From the NCBI GenBank assembly GCA_951406725.2, contig OX597833.1, positions 64,976,001-65,040,000 on the forward strand: a stretch of 64,000 nucleotides of DNA, in the 5' to 3' direction. Origin of the DNA: Octopus vulgaris (lineage: Eukaryota). Position 1 is the first letter of the stretch, and each line of letters starts with the position of its first letter. The notes under the pieces were generated by a model. That model was not told where the DNA came from. It ran no database searches and worked only from the letters and a program-made list of their open reading frames with translations. Below are positions 12,906-27,280 of the stretch, piece by piece. Made by a program: the position numbers and the translations under genes.

Positions 12906-14175
12906 ATAATGATAATTAAATTGATGACGATAACGACGACGACGACGATGGTGTTCAGATGATGATGATGATGATGATAGTGATGCTCATAATGATGAAG
13001 TGAAATATTCAAATGGCTTGTGTCAAGATTCTTACACGAAAATACAAAATTCTTAAAGGAAGTGAAAAAAACCCTTTCTCCAGTCGTAGTCCGTTGCATT
13101 TAATTGAAATCGAAATATGGAGAATAAAAACCTCCCAAAAGAACAAAAAGAAAAATCTAAAGGAAGCCTAAAAATTTAATGTAAGAACCTCACACAATAA
13201 AAGAAAAATCAAACAGCATTTTACAGCTTAATTTAACAACCGTGTTCCAGTTTTAATATTCATTGATTGTAAAGTGGGAAAGATTGTAAAGTCAGGATTT
13301 ACTAGTTTTCTGAACATGAACAAAATGGTCGAAAATATAGGCATAAAAACGAACGTCTATGCTTTCTCTGACATGTTTAATAGATGTGTTTCCGTTATAA
13401 CATCTGCAGTAAAAAGTGTTATTAGAGAACTGTTCAGTCACGTATTTAGGTAAGATGCATGTAATATAAAATTTAAATAACGATTTCATAAAAACATAAT
13501 TAATGGTTAAAACGAGAAGGAAAAAAACAGGATTAAGAAGGAAGTTGATCGTAAACTTTTGGTCGTGATCGTTGTGGAATCTCTTTAGAGTAAAATAGTG
13601 TTATAGGGAATTATAAGTTTGGTGAGAATGATTCGTAGGGACGACCGTATTTTCTGCAGGCAGCAGTAAAAATGAGTAAAAGAATTAATTTTGTGCTCTC
13701 CATGAAACTCATTTATTTCTCTCTCTTTCACACACCTGTGTGTGTGTGTTTGTGTGTGTGTATGTGTAAAGGTAAGATCCAAAGATCAACGTATAGAAGT
13801 TGGCGATCTTGAAGCAGCCGGTAGAATATATAACAAAAAAAACAACAACATTCAGCGAAAAATCGTTATTTATTGGCGCAGAAGGTTGTGATATTTTTCC
13901 GTTATCAAAGCACGATAAGCCGAAAAAAATGTTATTTTATAGCTCACGGTTAACAACTGGGGCTGTTGTATATGCGAATAGATAACGAAAAATTAAGAAA
14001 TAGTGTAGATAAAATCCAGGTGACATATATTTCATAGTTAGCGAAACCTGGGAATTAGTAATTATCCAAATGAGGGATGGACCGTAAACGAGGCTTAAGA
14101 CTCAGGTTAATTTCATTACATGAAGTCTACAGTGTCGTTAGGAGATCCCGTGTTAACTCGCAGGAGATTCGATCG

Positions 14176-14228
<53 letters not shown>

Positions 14229-14235
<7 letters not shown>

Positions 14236-14519
14236 ATCACGTGACCGACCTGGCTATGAGATGTTGCTACACATCACCGGTCACAATGCGCTTCGCACTG
14301 TTTTAGCCTTCAAATGACGCCGCCACGCTGGCTAAGCGAGCAGGCCAACAGAAGAATGAATGAGAGAAAGTTGTGGCGAAATAATACAGCAGGGATCGCC
14401 ACTACCCCCTGCCAGAGCTTCGTGGAGCTTTAGGTGTTTTCGCTCAATAAACACTCACAAATCCCTGTCTGGGAATCGAAACCGCGATCCTACGACCGCG
14501 AGGCTGCTGTCCTAATCAC
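14229..14519 (-). mobile_element. Family-C tRNA-derived SINE with alternative 3' tail
   Basis: Reverse complement shares about 190 nt of head/body with 7049-7240, then diverges; ends (CACGTGAT)x2 next to (TA)n. Confidence 0.85.
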
Positions 14520-14536
14520 ATATGTGTGTGTGTGTA

Positions 14537-14605
<69 letters not shown>

Positions 14606-15269
14606 GTGTGTGCATATATGTATATATGTATGCATATTAATGCATATATATTTGTGTATGTATGTGTGTGCGGGGGGAGGGGGAGGGAGAAGACAAAAAA
14701 TACACTGCAGCATTGCTTAAGAGATACGATCGCCGCATCCTACTCCTAACATTCTATGTGTGCTAGCCCCGTTCTAAATGGATAATGTTCATATATGCAT
14801 CTTTTTTCATGTTACGTATATGAATTTAAATCATTTTAAGATACTTCCCATTACACTTCGTATACGTTGATTTTCTTACCTGTATTTTAGTGATAATATT
14901 CGGTTCTAATTATGGCATATGACCAACATTTTGCAGGTGAAAGTTTAAACAATAGAACTAATCCATTTTTCTTATTTTCAATATTTAAAGGGTTTCATTC
15001 CTCAGAATTCGAACCTAAATGGTTAAGAGCCGTAGCATATATCTGTATATTTTTGAAGTGTGGATTAACACTTTTGACAATCTAAGATACCGGATCTCAA
15101 TTTAGGAAAAAAAATCGTACTGATGAGTCTTTTCTGTCATAATGAGAACACTGAGATGGGCTAATCCCACCAGGGGAGCCATTTCAGTAGCTGAATCCAT
15201 ACATGAATGAACAATCGAATAAAAGAATAATCGAACGTTGTGGCAACAAGAGCAACGGCAACAATAACA

Positions 15270-15310
15270 TCACCATCATCATCATCATCAATAATAATAA
15301 TAATAATAAC

Positions 15311-15401
<91 letters not shown>

Positions 15402-15447
15402 GTAATAATAATAATAATTAATGATAATAATAATAATAATAATAATG

Positions 15448-15490
<43 letters not shown>

Positions 15491-15611
15491 CAACAATAAG
15501 AATAATAATAAGAAGAACAATAATAATAATAATAACAACAATAAGAATAATAATAAGAAGAACAATAATAATAAGAAGAAGAAGAACAATAATAATAATA
15601 ATAATAATAAC

Positions 15612-15670
<59 letters not shown>
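15270..15670. repeat. Compound (CAT)n/(AAT)n microsatellite
   Basis: Direct inspection. Confidence 0.95.
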
Positions 15671-15671
<1 letters not shown>

Positions 15672-16323
15672 GATTTATGGAACACGGAAGCATTTTTACA
15701 ACGACAAATTTAGAAGCGAAACAAATGGTTTTAAAATCTTCGTAAAAAATGTACAAATATGGAATAAATTACTAATTCACACGATTTTATTCGGAATTGC
15801 CGCTTTGGGATTAAAGATGGACCTGGAAAGAAAGGTTACATTAAGAAAATAATATTGGATTCATCGCACCTCCTTTGTTTCATATCTGTTTCATTTTCAT
15901 ATCAGAAGTGGGCGCTAATGAATTTAATGAGGGGAGTCAAGATACGTTAATGAATTAAAATCAGACTTCCAGTTATGAGAAAAGGAATATTTTTCTAAAA
16001 TATTAATTTTTGTCAAGAGACGAAAGGAAGACAACCTCTGAAGGCATTTTAATTCAAAATAATCAAATATAAACATCATTAAGTTATGAGGGGGATCTTT
16101 GAAACAACTTGTAGAGTAAATATTCTGGATGTTGTTTCTACCGTATTAGACCTCCTCAAGAGCTTAATATTTCCATAAGAATTTTAAAAAATACCACGTG
16201 ATTTGAGAATTAAAACTCAGCTCTTCCGGCTGTATAACCGTACCGAATAAGAGGAGAGCGAAGATATTTTTGTCTTCTAGATTAACCACCGTTTACTGTA
16301 TTGTGCCGTCTCCATCACAAGTT

Positions 16324-16712
16324 CTTAGCTGTACATCGAACCCAAAGGTCAGCAAGATTCTGGTGGATTATCGGAATTTGTTTACCAGTTATAGAGTCAT
16401 ATTGACAATTCTTTTCTATTCTCTTTCCCTCGCTGATGAAGAACAACAATCCGAAACGTCAGATTGTTTTCATCTCATAACCGCTGCTTATCGAGAACGT
16501 TTATAATAATTCTCACAGGAACTAATATTACTACTTAGCTGTACATTGAAAGCAGAAGATCGGCAACATTGTGGTGGATTATTGGAATGACTTTACCAAT
16601 TATACAATCATATTGGCAATTCTTTCCCATTCTCGTTCATTCTTTGGTGAAGAACAAAAATCCGAGACGTTTGATTGTTCTCACCTCATAGCTGTTGATG
16701 ATAATTCTCACA
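16324..16712 (+). mobile_element. Tandem pair of PLE-LTR-like units (about 210 bp) with degenerate HHR
   Basis: CTTAGCTGTACAT..TGGTGGATTAT..TTTACCA..CATATTG.CAATTCTTT repeated at about 16324 and 16534; copy 1 has CTGATGA..CCGAAACGTC (16433-16460). Confidence 0.65.
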
Positions 16713-16867
16713 TGAACCACTATCATTACTGCTGCAGAACGTTAATAATTTTCTCGCATTCAGAATACTCTGTTATCATCGGAATTCCATTTTATTTTTG
16801 ATTCATATTTGAAATTACTACGATTGTAGTTGAACTAATTTAAAATAATATCGAAAGCATTTCTGTA

Positions 16868-17000
16868 GGCGACTAGCTGGCAGAATTGTTAGCAAGCTGG
16901 TCGAAGTGCTTACCGGTATTTTGCCTGTCTTCGCGTTCTGAGTTCAAATTACGCTGAGGTCGAATTTACCTTTTTTCGGGGTCGATAATTTAAGTACTTA
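16868..17000 (+). mobile_element. Family-B SINE 5' half
   Basis: GGCGACTAGCTGGCAGAATTGTTAGC..GTTCTGAGTTCAAATT. Confidence 0.8.
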
Positions 17001-17374
17001 TGTCTTTACTACCCACAAGGGGGTAGTTAAGACCCTTATGCAGAAGGTCTAGCTCACATGACATCAGAGCATGTCCAGGCAGTAAAAATATCTATAACAC
17101 ATGTCTAGGTACCACACCCTTCCAGTGGTGTGTATTATGTTTATAAAAATATTTTCTTTTATCTGATCACGGGCCTTTGATATGTACTAACATTGTGTAT
17201 AACATCGGATCAAGCAATAGCGGTGACTAGTGACTCACATCATACCCTCAAAAGTTTCCAGAACTCCTGGACTGGAACCTTATCAACAGCTGCCAGTTTT
17301 ATACCTTACCCAGAATATGTGGATTGTAACCAATTTAAACGTATGTCTGTTAGTAAAATCTCGACTGCCATATT

Positions 17375-17806
17375 GGTTTCAAATTTTGGCGCGAAGCCAG
17401 CAAATTCGGGGAAGGAGAAAAGTCGATTACATCGACACCAGTCCTTAACTAGTACTTATTTCATCGACCCCGAATGTATGAAAAAGCAAAGTCGACCTCG
17501 GTGGAATTTGAACTCAGAACGTCAAGACGTACGAAACGCAGCTAAGCGCTTTTCCCAGCGTGGTAACGATTCATATTTCTTTATTGCCCAAAAGGGGATA
17601 AACACAGAGGGGACAAACAAGGACAGACAAACGGATTATGTCGGTTATATCGACCCCAGTGCGTAACTGGTACTTATTTAATCGACCCCGAAAGGATGAA
17701 AGGCAAAGTCGACCTCGGCGGAATTTGAACTCAGAACATAAAGACAGACGAAATACCGCTAAACATTTCGCCCGGCGTGCTAACATTTCTGCCAGCTCGC
17801 CGCGTT
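17375..17806 (-). mobile_element. Two adjacent family-B SINEs (older 17375-17571, younger 17574-17803)
   Basis: Both match the family; pair flanked by AATCTCGACT(GC/TT)CATATT at 17357-17374 and 17807-17824. Confidence 0.88.
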
Positions 17807-18790
17807 AATCTCGACTTTCATATTCAGAATGTTATCGTAATGGAAGACAATACAATTAGAGGATATAAAATACAGAATCCCTCTTAAGGAAGACTTACTA
17901 TCTCTTTCGTGGATAACTCTTATTTCAATGCGAACAGTCTGACACTTGTACCGCATCCTGTTTGTTACATTTCAATCTCGAGTAGAAATCCTATTTTCTT
18001 CACTATAAATTAGATTCTTTGTTTCATTTCGTCATTTCCTTGGTTATTTTTTCTCTTTTCGTCTCTTTATTTTTCAATAAGTTTGTTTAATGCATATTGT
18101 TTAGTATTTTCGTCTCTTCGAGCTCTTCACAGCATCGCAATGTTTTAGTCGCTTTCGATTACGTTTTTTTTTGGTATTTTTTGCTGTTATAAAGAAAATA
18201 AAATGAACCAAAGGAAAAACTTAACGAAATAAAAAAAAAAAGCCACAAAACCACAGATTTACTCCACAAAGAATGCTTGCTGATTTCATGTAGGTTGATG
18301 AGAAACAACCGATGAAGAAGAAAACAACAACAAGAAACGGTTATATTCAATTTAGCGTTAATTACCCAGTATCTCCCAGTGGGATATAATCTATAACGAT
18401 TAAAGCCGGTGGATATTGGTGCTCATTTGAATTACCTAATTATTCCAGTTTCGTTATTCGTAATTGTATTTTTTAACACAGTTTTTTTTTTCTCTTTTTT
18501 TATTTCATTTTCTTATTTCATAGTTGAAAATATGATTCGTGTCAAAAGCCTTTAACTCGTATATAATAAACACACAGATTTCGCCAAGCAATTTCTCGGT
18601 AAATCAAATTAAAATCCGTCTGGAAAATTAACGCATCTGGCAAGGCATTACAGAATGTATTTACCAGCTTGTTGTACTGATTGGTTGCATTGTATCAACC
18701 GGGAGTAATCTCAGTCGGTTCTCTGCGGGGTATTCACAATAGTACCGTTCTTTTCTTACATAGGGTTATATACTCTTTGTTTTACATACA

Positions 18791-19104
<314 letters not shown>

Positions 19105-19554
19105 CATATAGTATATCATGTGTTATATTTTATATGTATTCTTTAATTATATATATGGCAATAGATTTAGAAAAAAGGGAGTTTCAAGACGAGTAGGGGA
19201 AGGGGGTTGATTCCAAAGATGGAAATGAAATTGAAATGCCTCCAACAGAGAAACTGACATTAAACAGCGGCCATTTTTACCGAGTTTTCTTTGTTATCTT
19301 TGTTATCTCACTTCTGCACTGATTTCAAAACACACTTTTGTAATTTTATTGGAAACATGGAAACCAGGAATTTGATTTTCTGCCATATAGCTAAATCTGT
19401 GAAATAGTTGGAATTTTTACTGTATAATCTGTTAGACATTGTAACTAAATTAAGTTTTTTTTTTTGTTTTAAAATCTCGCCTTAGAAGTGTTATTATCAC
19501 TCCTCGGATAAGAGCGTCCATCTTGCAGATGAAAATGATTCGAGTCAAAAGTCT

Positions 19555-20267
19555 TGTTAGCGCGTCGACCAAAATATTTTCGTGTTTTATGTTCTGAGTT
19601 CAAATGATGCCGAGGTTGACTTTCCCGTTCGTCTTTTCCAGATCGATAAAGTTAGTACCAGTTAAATACTAGGGTTGATGCAACCGACAAGGCACTATCT
19701 ACATAATTTCAGACCTCGTGCCCATTGTAAAAGGAATCAAGCAACGGCGGCAAAGTGATAGAATTGTTCACGTATCAGACAAAATGGTTAGTGGCATTTG
19801 TGTGTGTGTGTGTTTGTGTGTGTGATTCTGTACGTACATGTTTGATAAATATGTATTGGTTTCAAATTCTGCCTCAAGGCCAATAATTTCAGGCGAGGGA
19901 GAAAGGCGTTTAGATCGACGCCATTTTATAACTGATATTTATTTTATCGATCCCAAACGAAATATTAAATAGGAAATTCTTTACATGTCTAGGAAATACG
20001 TACACATCGTATTAGCATATGAAACGTGTGACGGTGAATAAATCATGGTTCGTACTACAGGCCGCAACGCCTGAAAATTTGGGGGAGGGGACGGGATAAT
20101 TACATCGACCCTAGTATTCAACTGATACTTAGAATATCGACCCCGAAAGGATGAAAATGCAAAGTCGAGCTCGGCGGAATTTGAACTCAGAACGTCTTAA
20201 AGAGAGACGGACGAGATGCTGCTAAGCAATTTTCCTGGCGTGATAACGACTCTGCCAGCTCGCCTCC
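19555..20267. mobile_element. Family-B SINE cluster (+ 19555-19740; - 19860-19960; - 20050-20267)
   Basis: Family core motifs in both orientations. Confidence 0.75.
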
Positions 20268-20408
20268 TGAAATTGGTGGATAAATAATGCCAAGAAGCTT
20301 TTCAAATTTTTGTTTTGTTAAACAATAACTCTGCAAACAATGTTTCTCATATTTTCATCTCTAGTATGTGATTTACCTGAATACAACAACAACCACAACA
20401 ACAACAAC

Positions 20409-20627
20409 CTCTTTTACTCTTTTACTCTTTTACTTGTTTCAGTCATTTGACTGTGGCCATGCTGGAGCACTGCCTTTAATCGAGCAACTCGACCCCGGGA
20501 CTTATTCTTTTGTAAGCCCAGTACTTATTCTATCGGTCTCTTTTGCTGAACCACTAGGTAACGGGGACATAAACACACCAGCATCGGTTGTCAGGCAATG
20601 CTAGGGGAACAAACACAGACACACACG

Positions 20628-20693
<66 letters not shown>

Positions 20694-20858
20694 TACGACG
20701 GGCTTCTTTCAGTTTCCGTCTACCAAATTCATTCACATGGCTTTGGTCGGGCCGGGGCTATAGCAGAAGACACTTGCCCAAGGTGCCACTCAGTGGGACT
20801 GAACCCAGAACCATGTGGTTGGTTAGCAAGCTACTTACCACACAGCCACTCATGCGCC
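20409..20858 (-). mobile_element. Family-A SINE, full length
   Basis: (CTCTTTTA)n tail through CACACAGCCACT..GCGCC head; internal (CA)(TA)n. Confidence 0.92.
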
Positions 20859-21796
20859 TATAGAATAAGCAGATGTGCTTCACGTAAGAGTGTTGCGAAT
20901 TTACCCGACCTACCTACATTGTGTGTGTGAGTGTGTGTATGAACGATTAAACGACTGGATGGTCAAAAATTGGAAGGATATTTACTAGCTTTGCGCGATA
21001 AAAACTGACCTGTGGCCACACTGTAGCGAAGGTGACGACAACGGCAATAATGAAGGATATTTAAAGGTAGGAATGACGTATTATATAATAAATCAATGCT
21101 TAAGATGGCTTCACAAATATGGACGATATGATTTCATGAAAGGAACGGCAAATATCTATTAAACTGCTTAGTACAATAATACTTGCCTTTCAAATCAAAG
21201 GAACATACTTCACCACTGTATATCTACATTTAAAGAAACGGCAAATCTGGACGAGTAAAAGGCTTAGTGATAGCCAGGGTATTAGTGACGGAATTGAAGG
21301 GAATGTTTAAATAATTCTCAACGCAGCTGCGTCTTAATTATATTCAGAAAACCGTGATTCAATTAAGACATGGCCAACGTTGGAAATACCAATGACGGCT
21401 AATGGCTTAAAAATAGATCCGTTAATTCGATCAGCTTAAATCTGCGCAGTATACTTCGTTGCATAATAGTATATACGCCATTTTAGCTGAAAGGAGGGTC
21501 TATGCATATAATAGGGAGATAATGGACATGTTATGCTGCGTTGTTGATATTTAGCCCCTGTTAGCTTGGACTGTGTAAATATCTATGATCCAACAGCGAT
21601 AATCACCAAACGGTATTATATTTTTATCTACTTATGTAGCTATACATCAATCAATCGATCGATCGATCGGTAGATCCTTGCATCCATGCATCCAACCGTC
21701 CATTCATGCGACAATCCATTCAGGTATCTATATACATAAATATAAATATATACATATAAATATATGTACACACACACGCACACATATGCATACATA

Positions 21797-22039
21797 TTCT
21801 TTTACTTGTTTCAGTCATTCGACTGCGGCCATGCTGGAGCACCGCCTTTAGTCGAACAAAGAGACTTCCAGTACTTATTCTTTGTAAGCCTAGTACATAT
21901 CCTATCGGTTTCTTGTGCCGAACCGCTAAGTTACGGGGATGTAAACACACCAACATCGGTTGTCAAGAAATGGTGTGGAGACAAACACAGACACACACAA
22001 AAACATATAAACGCACTCATACATACATACATACATACA

Positions 22040-22072
<33 letters not shown>

Positions 22073-22233
22073 GTACGACGGGCTTCTTTCCAGTTTCTGT
22101 CTCCCAAATCCACTCACAAGGCTTTGGTCGGACCGAGGCGATAGTAGAAGACACATGCCTAAGGTGCCACGCAGTGGGACTGAACCCGGAACCATATGGC
22201 TGGTAAGCAAGTTATTTACCACACAGCCATGCC
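21797..22233 (-). mobile_element. Family-A SINE, full length, internal (CATA)n
   Basis: Same architecture as other copies. Confidence 0.9.
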
Positions 22234-22689
22234 TATATATGTTCATGTTTGTCTTTGTGTGTGTGTGTATGTGTGTGCACGCGTGTGTCTTTGCCTGTGT
22301 CTGTGCCACTCTGTGTGTATGTGTGTGTGTATTGGTGTGTAATAATTTTAACTTCGGCTTTACATCTTGTAGTAATGCCGTTTAAGGCCACCTCACTTTG
22401 TTCGGCTTCCTAATGTCATTAACAGTATGGATATAAATACCATTGGTTTTAGTTCCGAAATTTTTCCGTCTGTGTCTAGTGTTTATAACATATGACATAT
22501 GACAGAAATTCATGTGAACCCTTTATTAATCGCTACGTTGGTTTCGACCCATCGATCATTGGCCCCTCGCGCAGGTGAGATTCTGTACAAACAAAGAACT
22601 TCATTCAAACTCATTTTTCTCCTCTATGCGAGTAGCGACAGGTAAATGTCAGAATGTATTCTAATCGAAATACGCGAAACGGAGATTAA

Positions 22690-22903
22690 AGCCTAGCCAG
22701 GCTCATGGGCCCGGTTTCCTGGATTCAATGGGGTATGTGTTCCCCATCTGGACGGGACACCAGTCCATCGCAGCGTTACTACTTTTTGCCAGCTGGAAAT
22801 GAAGTGTTTTTCTCAAGAACACAACGCGTCGCCCGGTCCAGGAATCGAAACCACAACATTACGATCATGAGTTCATTACCCTAACCATTAAGCCACGTGC
22901 CTT
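22690..22903 (-). mobile_element. Family-D tRNA-derived SINE
   Basis: Reverse complement GGCACGTGGCTTAATGGTTAGGG..GGTTTCGATTCCTGG..GTTCTTGAGAAAAACACTT. Confidence 0.75.
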
Positions 22904-22974
22904 TACCCATGAAACCATACCTGTATTCCATTCATAGTGGCACAGATCATTTAAAGGTATCTAAGAATACATAG

Positions 22975-23182
22975 TAATAATAATAATAATGAAATCATTG
23001 TATACAGTGCTCAATTGCAACACAACTTGTCAGAGAGTGCGTACAAAGTCTGGAAAGCGAACAATGTATGAGTCAGATACATGCTTGTGTGTGTATGGAG
23101 GGGAGAAAATCAGGTGTAGTGTTGGCGAATCCCAGGAAGCATGGAAGATTTGAAGGATGCATTGCTGCGACAACTAACAACT
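22975..23182 (-). mobile_element. LINE 3' end with (ATT)n tail
   Basis: Minus strand VVSCRSNASFKSSMLPGIRQHYT*, then UTR and (ATT)n. Confidence 0.55.
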
Positions 23183-24742
23183 CATCAAATACATCTTACC
23201 CGTTTTAAAACAACAACAAAATCTCTCCAATAGAGGTTTATATAGCTACTATTTCTTGTAGCGTGAGCGAGTATTCAAATGCTTTTTTCATTGGCTGATG
23301 TTAGTCCAATGTCTCAGTTGTTGATACCGCGCGACAAAAATAACAAAGTCGGTACACAAACTCGCAACCTTCGGCTGATAATTTGGTGCTTTATCAACTG
23401 TGATATCTGTAAAGCTTTATATACCCGTTCACATCGATAATTTTCACGCAGTCACACGGAATTTGGTGGAATTAACTCACTTCTTTAGATCTATAAATAC
23501 GTCACTTTTTTCGCTTTATTTTTAGTTTAATTACTCTCACATTCTATGCATTATACCGAACTATAATACATTACTGTTAATAATTACTTCATTATTATTA
23601 ATTAATCGTATTATTTTTCTAACTTTTTATTTTTCTATCATTCAGAAGTCTGCTTCTGTTCGATTTAAAATTTAACAGTTCAATGGCCGTAACCTTACTT
23701 AATGTCTTATCATATTCAATAAATTAATATAAATTTCTACTATTTTTGTATTTGTGTTTTTTTTGTGTTAAACAAACAAACTTAATTATTTTAGAGTTGT
23801 CCACAATAATTATCCTACTTCCTATAATTACGTGATATTTTCGTTTTTTTTTTATTTTTCGAAATATTTTTAATATTTCATGATTCAGATGAAGATATTA
23901 AAATATTTTATTTTTCGCACATGCGCGTAGTGTCTTTAATTTAAAAATGATATAAATGTGTCTCTCAGCATGATTTAGTCATAGCATCGTATATAATCAT
24001 GGAGGTGCAGCATCATTGAATTGTTAAAAAGTTGGCTTCGAAAGAGCGAGGTCCTGTGTTCGCGTCTAGTTCATGAACTGTGCATATCATCTTCCATTGG
24101 ATCGGGTCCATCTACTGGATGAAAATTTGGTAGGCCGATGCCCATAGGAGTAGCCTGTATATCTATAAATCAAAATATACCACTTTGGCGCCCATACTGT
24201 CTCACGTTCATTTGATCTGAGAATGGACATTTGCCACAGAAATCATGGGTAGATAATTTCTACACTAATTCAGGAGCAGATAATTCAGTTGATTCTCATC
24301 TTGAACGAAGGGAATCCGCTGTCATGTGGGGTTAGATAGAGTTGTGCATGTAGTGTAATAGTTCGCTTCGGTCTCACATGTTCCGGGTTCAATTCAACAT
24401 GAAATTTGAGTAATTGTTTTCCCGTGAATCTTGGGGTTGATAATGTACACGGTAAATAGAATATGTCAACGGAAAGAGTACAGAAAATATTAAGATAGAA
24501 GTAGCAATGAGTTTTCGAAAGGGCTTGGATGTAATTACTACATTTTGTAGAAATGATATCAATTGCAACCTAAAGTCTTGAACATGAAGATTACCTCCAA
24601 CTCATTTGTACAGTATAAAGCTGGAAATTTGGATGGAATCAGTTGAAACTGGTTGAAGGTTCTCTGAGGTTAAGGTCGTTGAATCAAAATTGACTGGAGA
24701 CTAATAAATGAAATTGGAACACATCTCGACCGGACGACATTT

Positions 24743-25099
24743 TCGTTTGCAACATTGAATGGAAATACAATCAATTGTACTCGTCAAACATTAGGATATA
24801 CAAAGACTGAAATTTCAGCGAAGAGATGTATTCAAGAAAATCTGCAAACTGTGGCCAATGGAGAGCATTGTGGTCGATCAAGCTACGAAAATTAATAGCT
24901 AAACTTCACTCAAATCTGCTCGTTTTGCAATATTGAATGGAAATACAGTCAAGTGTAACCGTCAAACATTAAATTATAGAAAATCTGAAATTTCAGCGAA
25001 GAGATGTATTGAAGAAAATCTGTGAAAACTGTGACAAAGAGGAGCTCAATATTCGATCAAGCTACGAAAATTAATGGCAAAATTTCACTCAAATCTGAT
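24743..25099. repeat. Diverged tandem duplication (2 x about 177 bp)
   Basis: TTGAATGGAAATACA, CTGAAATTTCAGCGAAGAGATGTATT.AAGAAAATCTG and TCGATCAAGCTACGAAAATTAAT each occur twice in register. Confidence 0.9.
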
Positions 25100-25301
25100 C
25101 TGCTAACGTCGTAATAAAATCAAAAAGAGACTGGTCGGTGCAACATCATAATGCGCAAAACATTATGCCGAGAAGATAGATCCACGTCCATGTAACATCG
25201 GTTTTTGATCTTACTATGCGCTCCCTGGAAGTGTCTTGTAGGAAAACCTTGCACCTAACGTTTTGCGATGGAGTATTATGTACGGGCATGTGCAGGATAC
25301 C

Positions 25302-25343
<42 letters not shown>

Positions 25344-26078
25344 TACATAACATATGGGAAAAGAGAAAGAAAATGGAATTCACAAGCTTCTTTATTAACC
25401 AATATAATCGTTTCGACTGACCCTGAATCTGTTCCTCGCTGGTGTACAGATAGTTGTAATATATCATTCGGTGCATATTTGCCTCATCTGGTGACTTGTA
25501 AAAAAGTCTAACCCGAGATCCCTCGACCGCGAGTCTGCTGCTCTAACCACTATGCCATGTGCCTACATACATTCATCGTTACGAAGAACAAAAGTACAGT
25601 AACCATGATGAGTGGTGGGTTGGGCATGATGCATTTCGTTATCCGTTCCGGCTTTTTTTGATTTTCAAGCTCGACGACAATTTTCAGCCATTTTGTTATT
25701 CACACATACAACTGAAAATAAATGTATTGAGTGCACTTGTTTTTGCTTGTCCATTCACTCCTATATATATACGTATATGTGTGCGTCTGTGTGTGTATGT
25801 GTGTGTGTGTGTATGTGTGTGTAGTACAAGAGTGCCTGTTTGTGTGCGTGTGTCTTTGTGTTTGTGTGTTCACACTCTCCACTTCGGTGTCGGTTTCACA
25901 CTCTCCACGTCTGTGTCTGTCTGTTACTGTCCAGAAAACTCAGTGGTTCTGCAGACACAAATTGACAGAATGCACCCGAAATTTAAAAGAAACAACTCTG
26001 GTCGATATAATCGACTAAACGTTACCTCAAGGGATTGCTCAAGTATGGCCGCAACGAAATGAATGAATCAAATAAATG

Positions 26079-26516
26079 GGATCATTTCGGTCTGAACGGC
26101 AGTTTCTCTAGCGGTGTCATATGAAATTCTCACCCATAATGATGACCCTAGTATCGATCTATTGCATTCCAATCTGTTTTAGGGTTAGGGTTAGGGTTAC
26201 GGGTGGGGTTAGGGGTGGGGGGAAGGGTATCTTATTTTCTTCAGAAATGTAAATAAACCCAATCTGTTTCTTAAACGAGGGACATATCCATGCGGCACAG
26301 AATGTTTTCATGTCAATATACGTCATTGATTGGTTGAAATTACAGAAATTGAATAAAAAAAAACCAACAATTATCTTACCAACTATAGAATTTTCTCAAT
26401 AAAGCCAAGAGAAAAAGATGTTTTAGGTAACACATTCTACCAGTATACTAAGTTTAAAAGTGTTTAGTTACGTGGAAATTATTTTTAAAAAAATGCCGTT
26501 CAAACCGAAAAGATCC
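26079..26516. mobile_element. MITE with about 26-bp TIRs and internal (TTAGGG)n
   Basis: GGATCATTTCGGTCTGAACGGCAGTTT / AAATGCCGTTCAAACCGAAAAGATCC; flanks AATAAATG and AATAAAAG; inserted in a family-A SINE tail. Confidence 0.85.
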
Positions 26517-27210
26517 AATAAAAGACCAAAGCAAAACAAACGAAGAAATGACACTAAGAATACAAGAAGAAGCTCCAGGTACACATTTACATACAAACAC
26601 ATAGATCTCTGTTTAATTATATTAGCCGAAGAAATTGTATTTATATCTCTGCAAACACTCTAAAAGTTGGCGTAATATGGATCACTTCTGTTTATTATTT
26701 AATCAAGAGATCTCGTTTGCCAGTTAGAAGCGTCCATTCCGTATAATGTTTACCATTTTTCATTTGTCATTGGGTTTTCCAATTACCATGCAGCCTAGCA
26801 GAATATAGAGTGTGATTGCTGCCTCGTTTATCTTTGCGAGCTAATGGCTTTGATCATTATAAATACAGTAAGCGTAGAACAAGACAGGTGAACAATCAAT
26901 GTTCCAATTTATAGAAAGCTGGAAAATTCTTCTTAATGCAGAGCGCTTTCTTACGTCGAATTGATTCGTAAACAATGATGTGTGTTCTATCGTCGATATG
27001 TGTGGTAGCAAAGTGTAAATAACAATGAGACAGAAGACGAGAGGGAGAGAGAGAGAGAGTGAAATGGAGAGGGAAAGAGATAAAAGGAAGAAAGAAAGAG
27101 AGACAGACAGAGAGGAGGAACTTCAGTGTTAGTGAAGGTCATTGCTGACCAGTTTGAAAGTCAGAGATGAATGTAGAGCTGTATTTTGTTTATTATAGCA
27201 GGATATATAT

Positions 27211-27280
<70 letters not shown>

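Noticed and set aside
15765-15845. Minus-strand acceptor-like CCTTTCTTTCCAG
   Set aside because: No good donor; frame reaches a stop after 14 codons; unsupported.
26179-26222. True telomere or fusion scar
   Set aside because: Only 3-4 units, located inside a TIR-bounded element.
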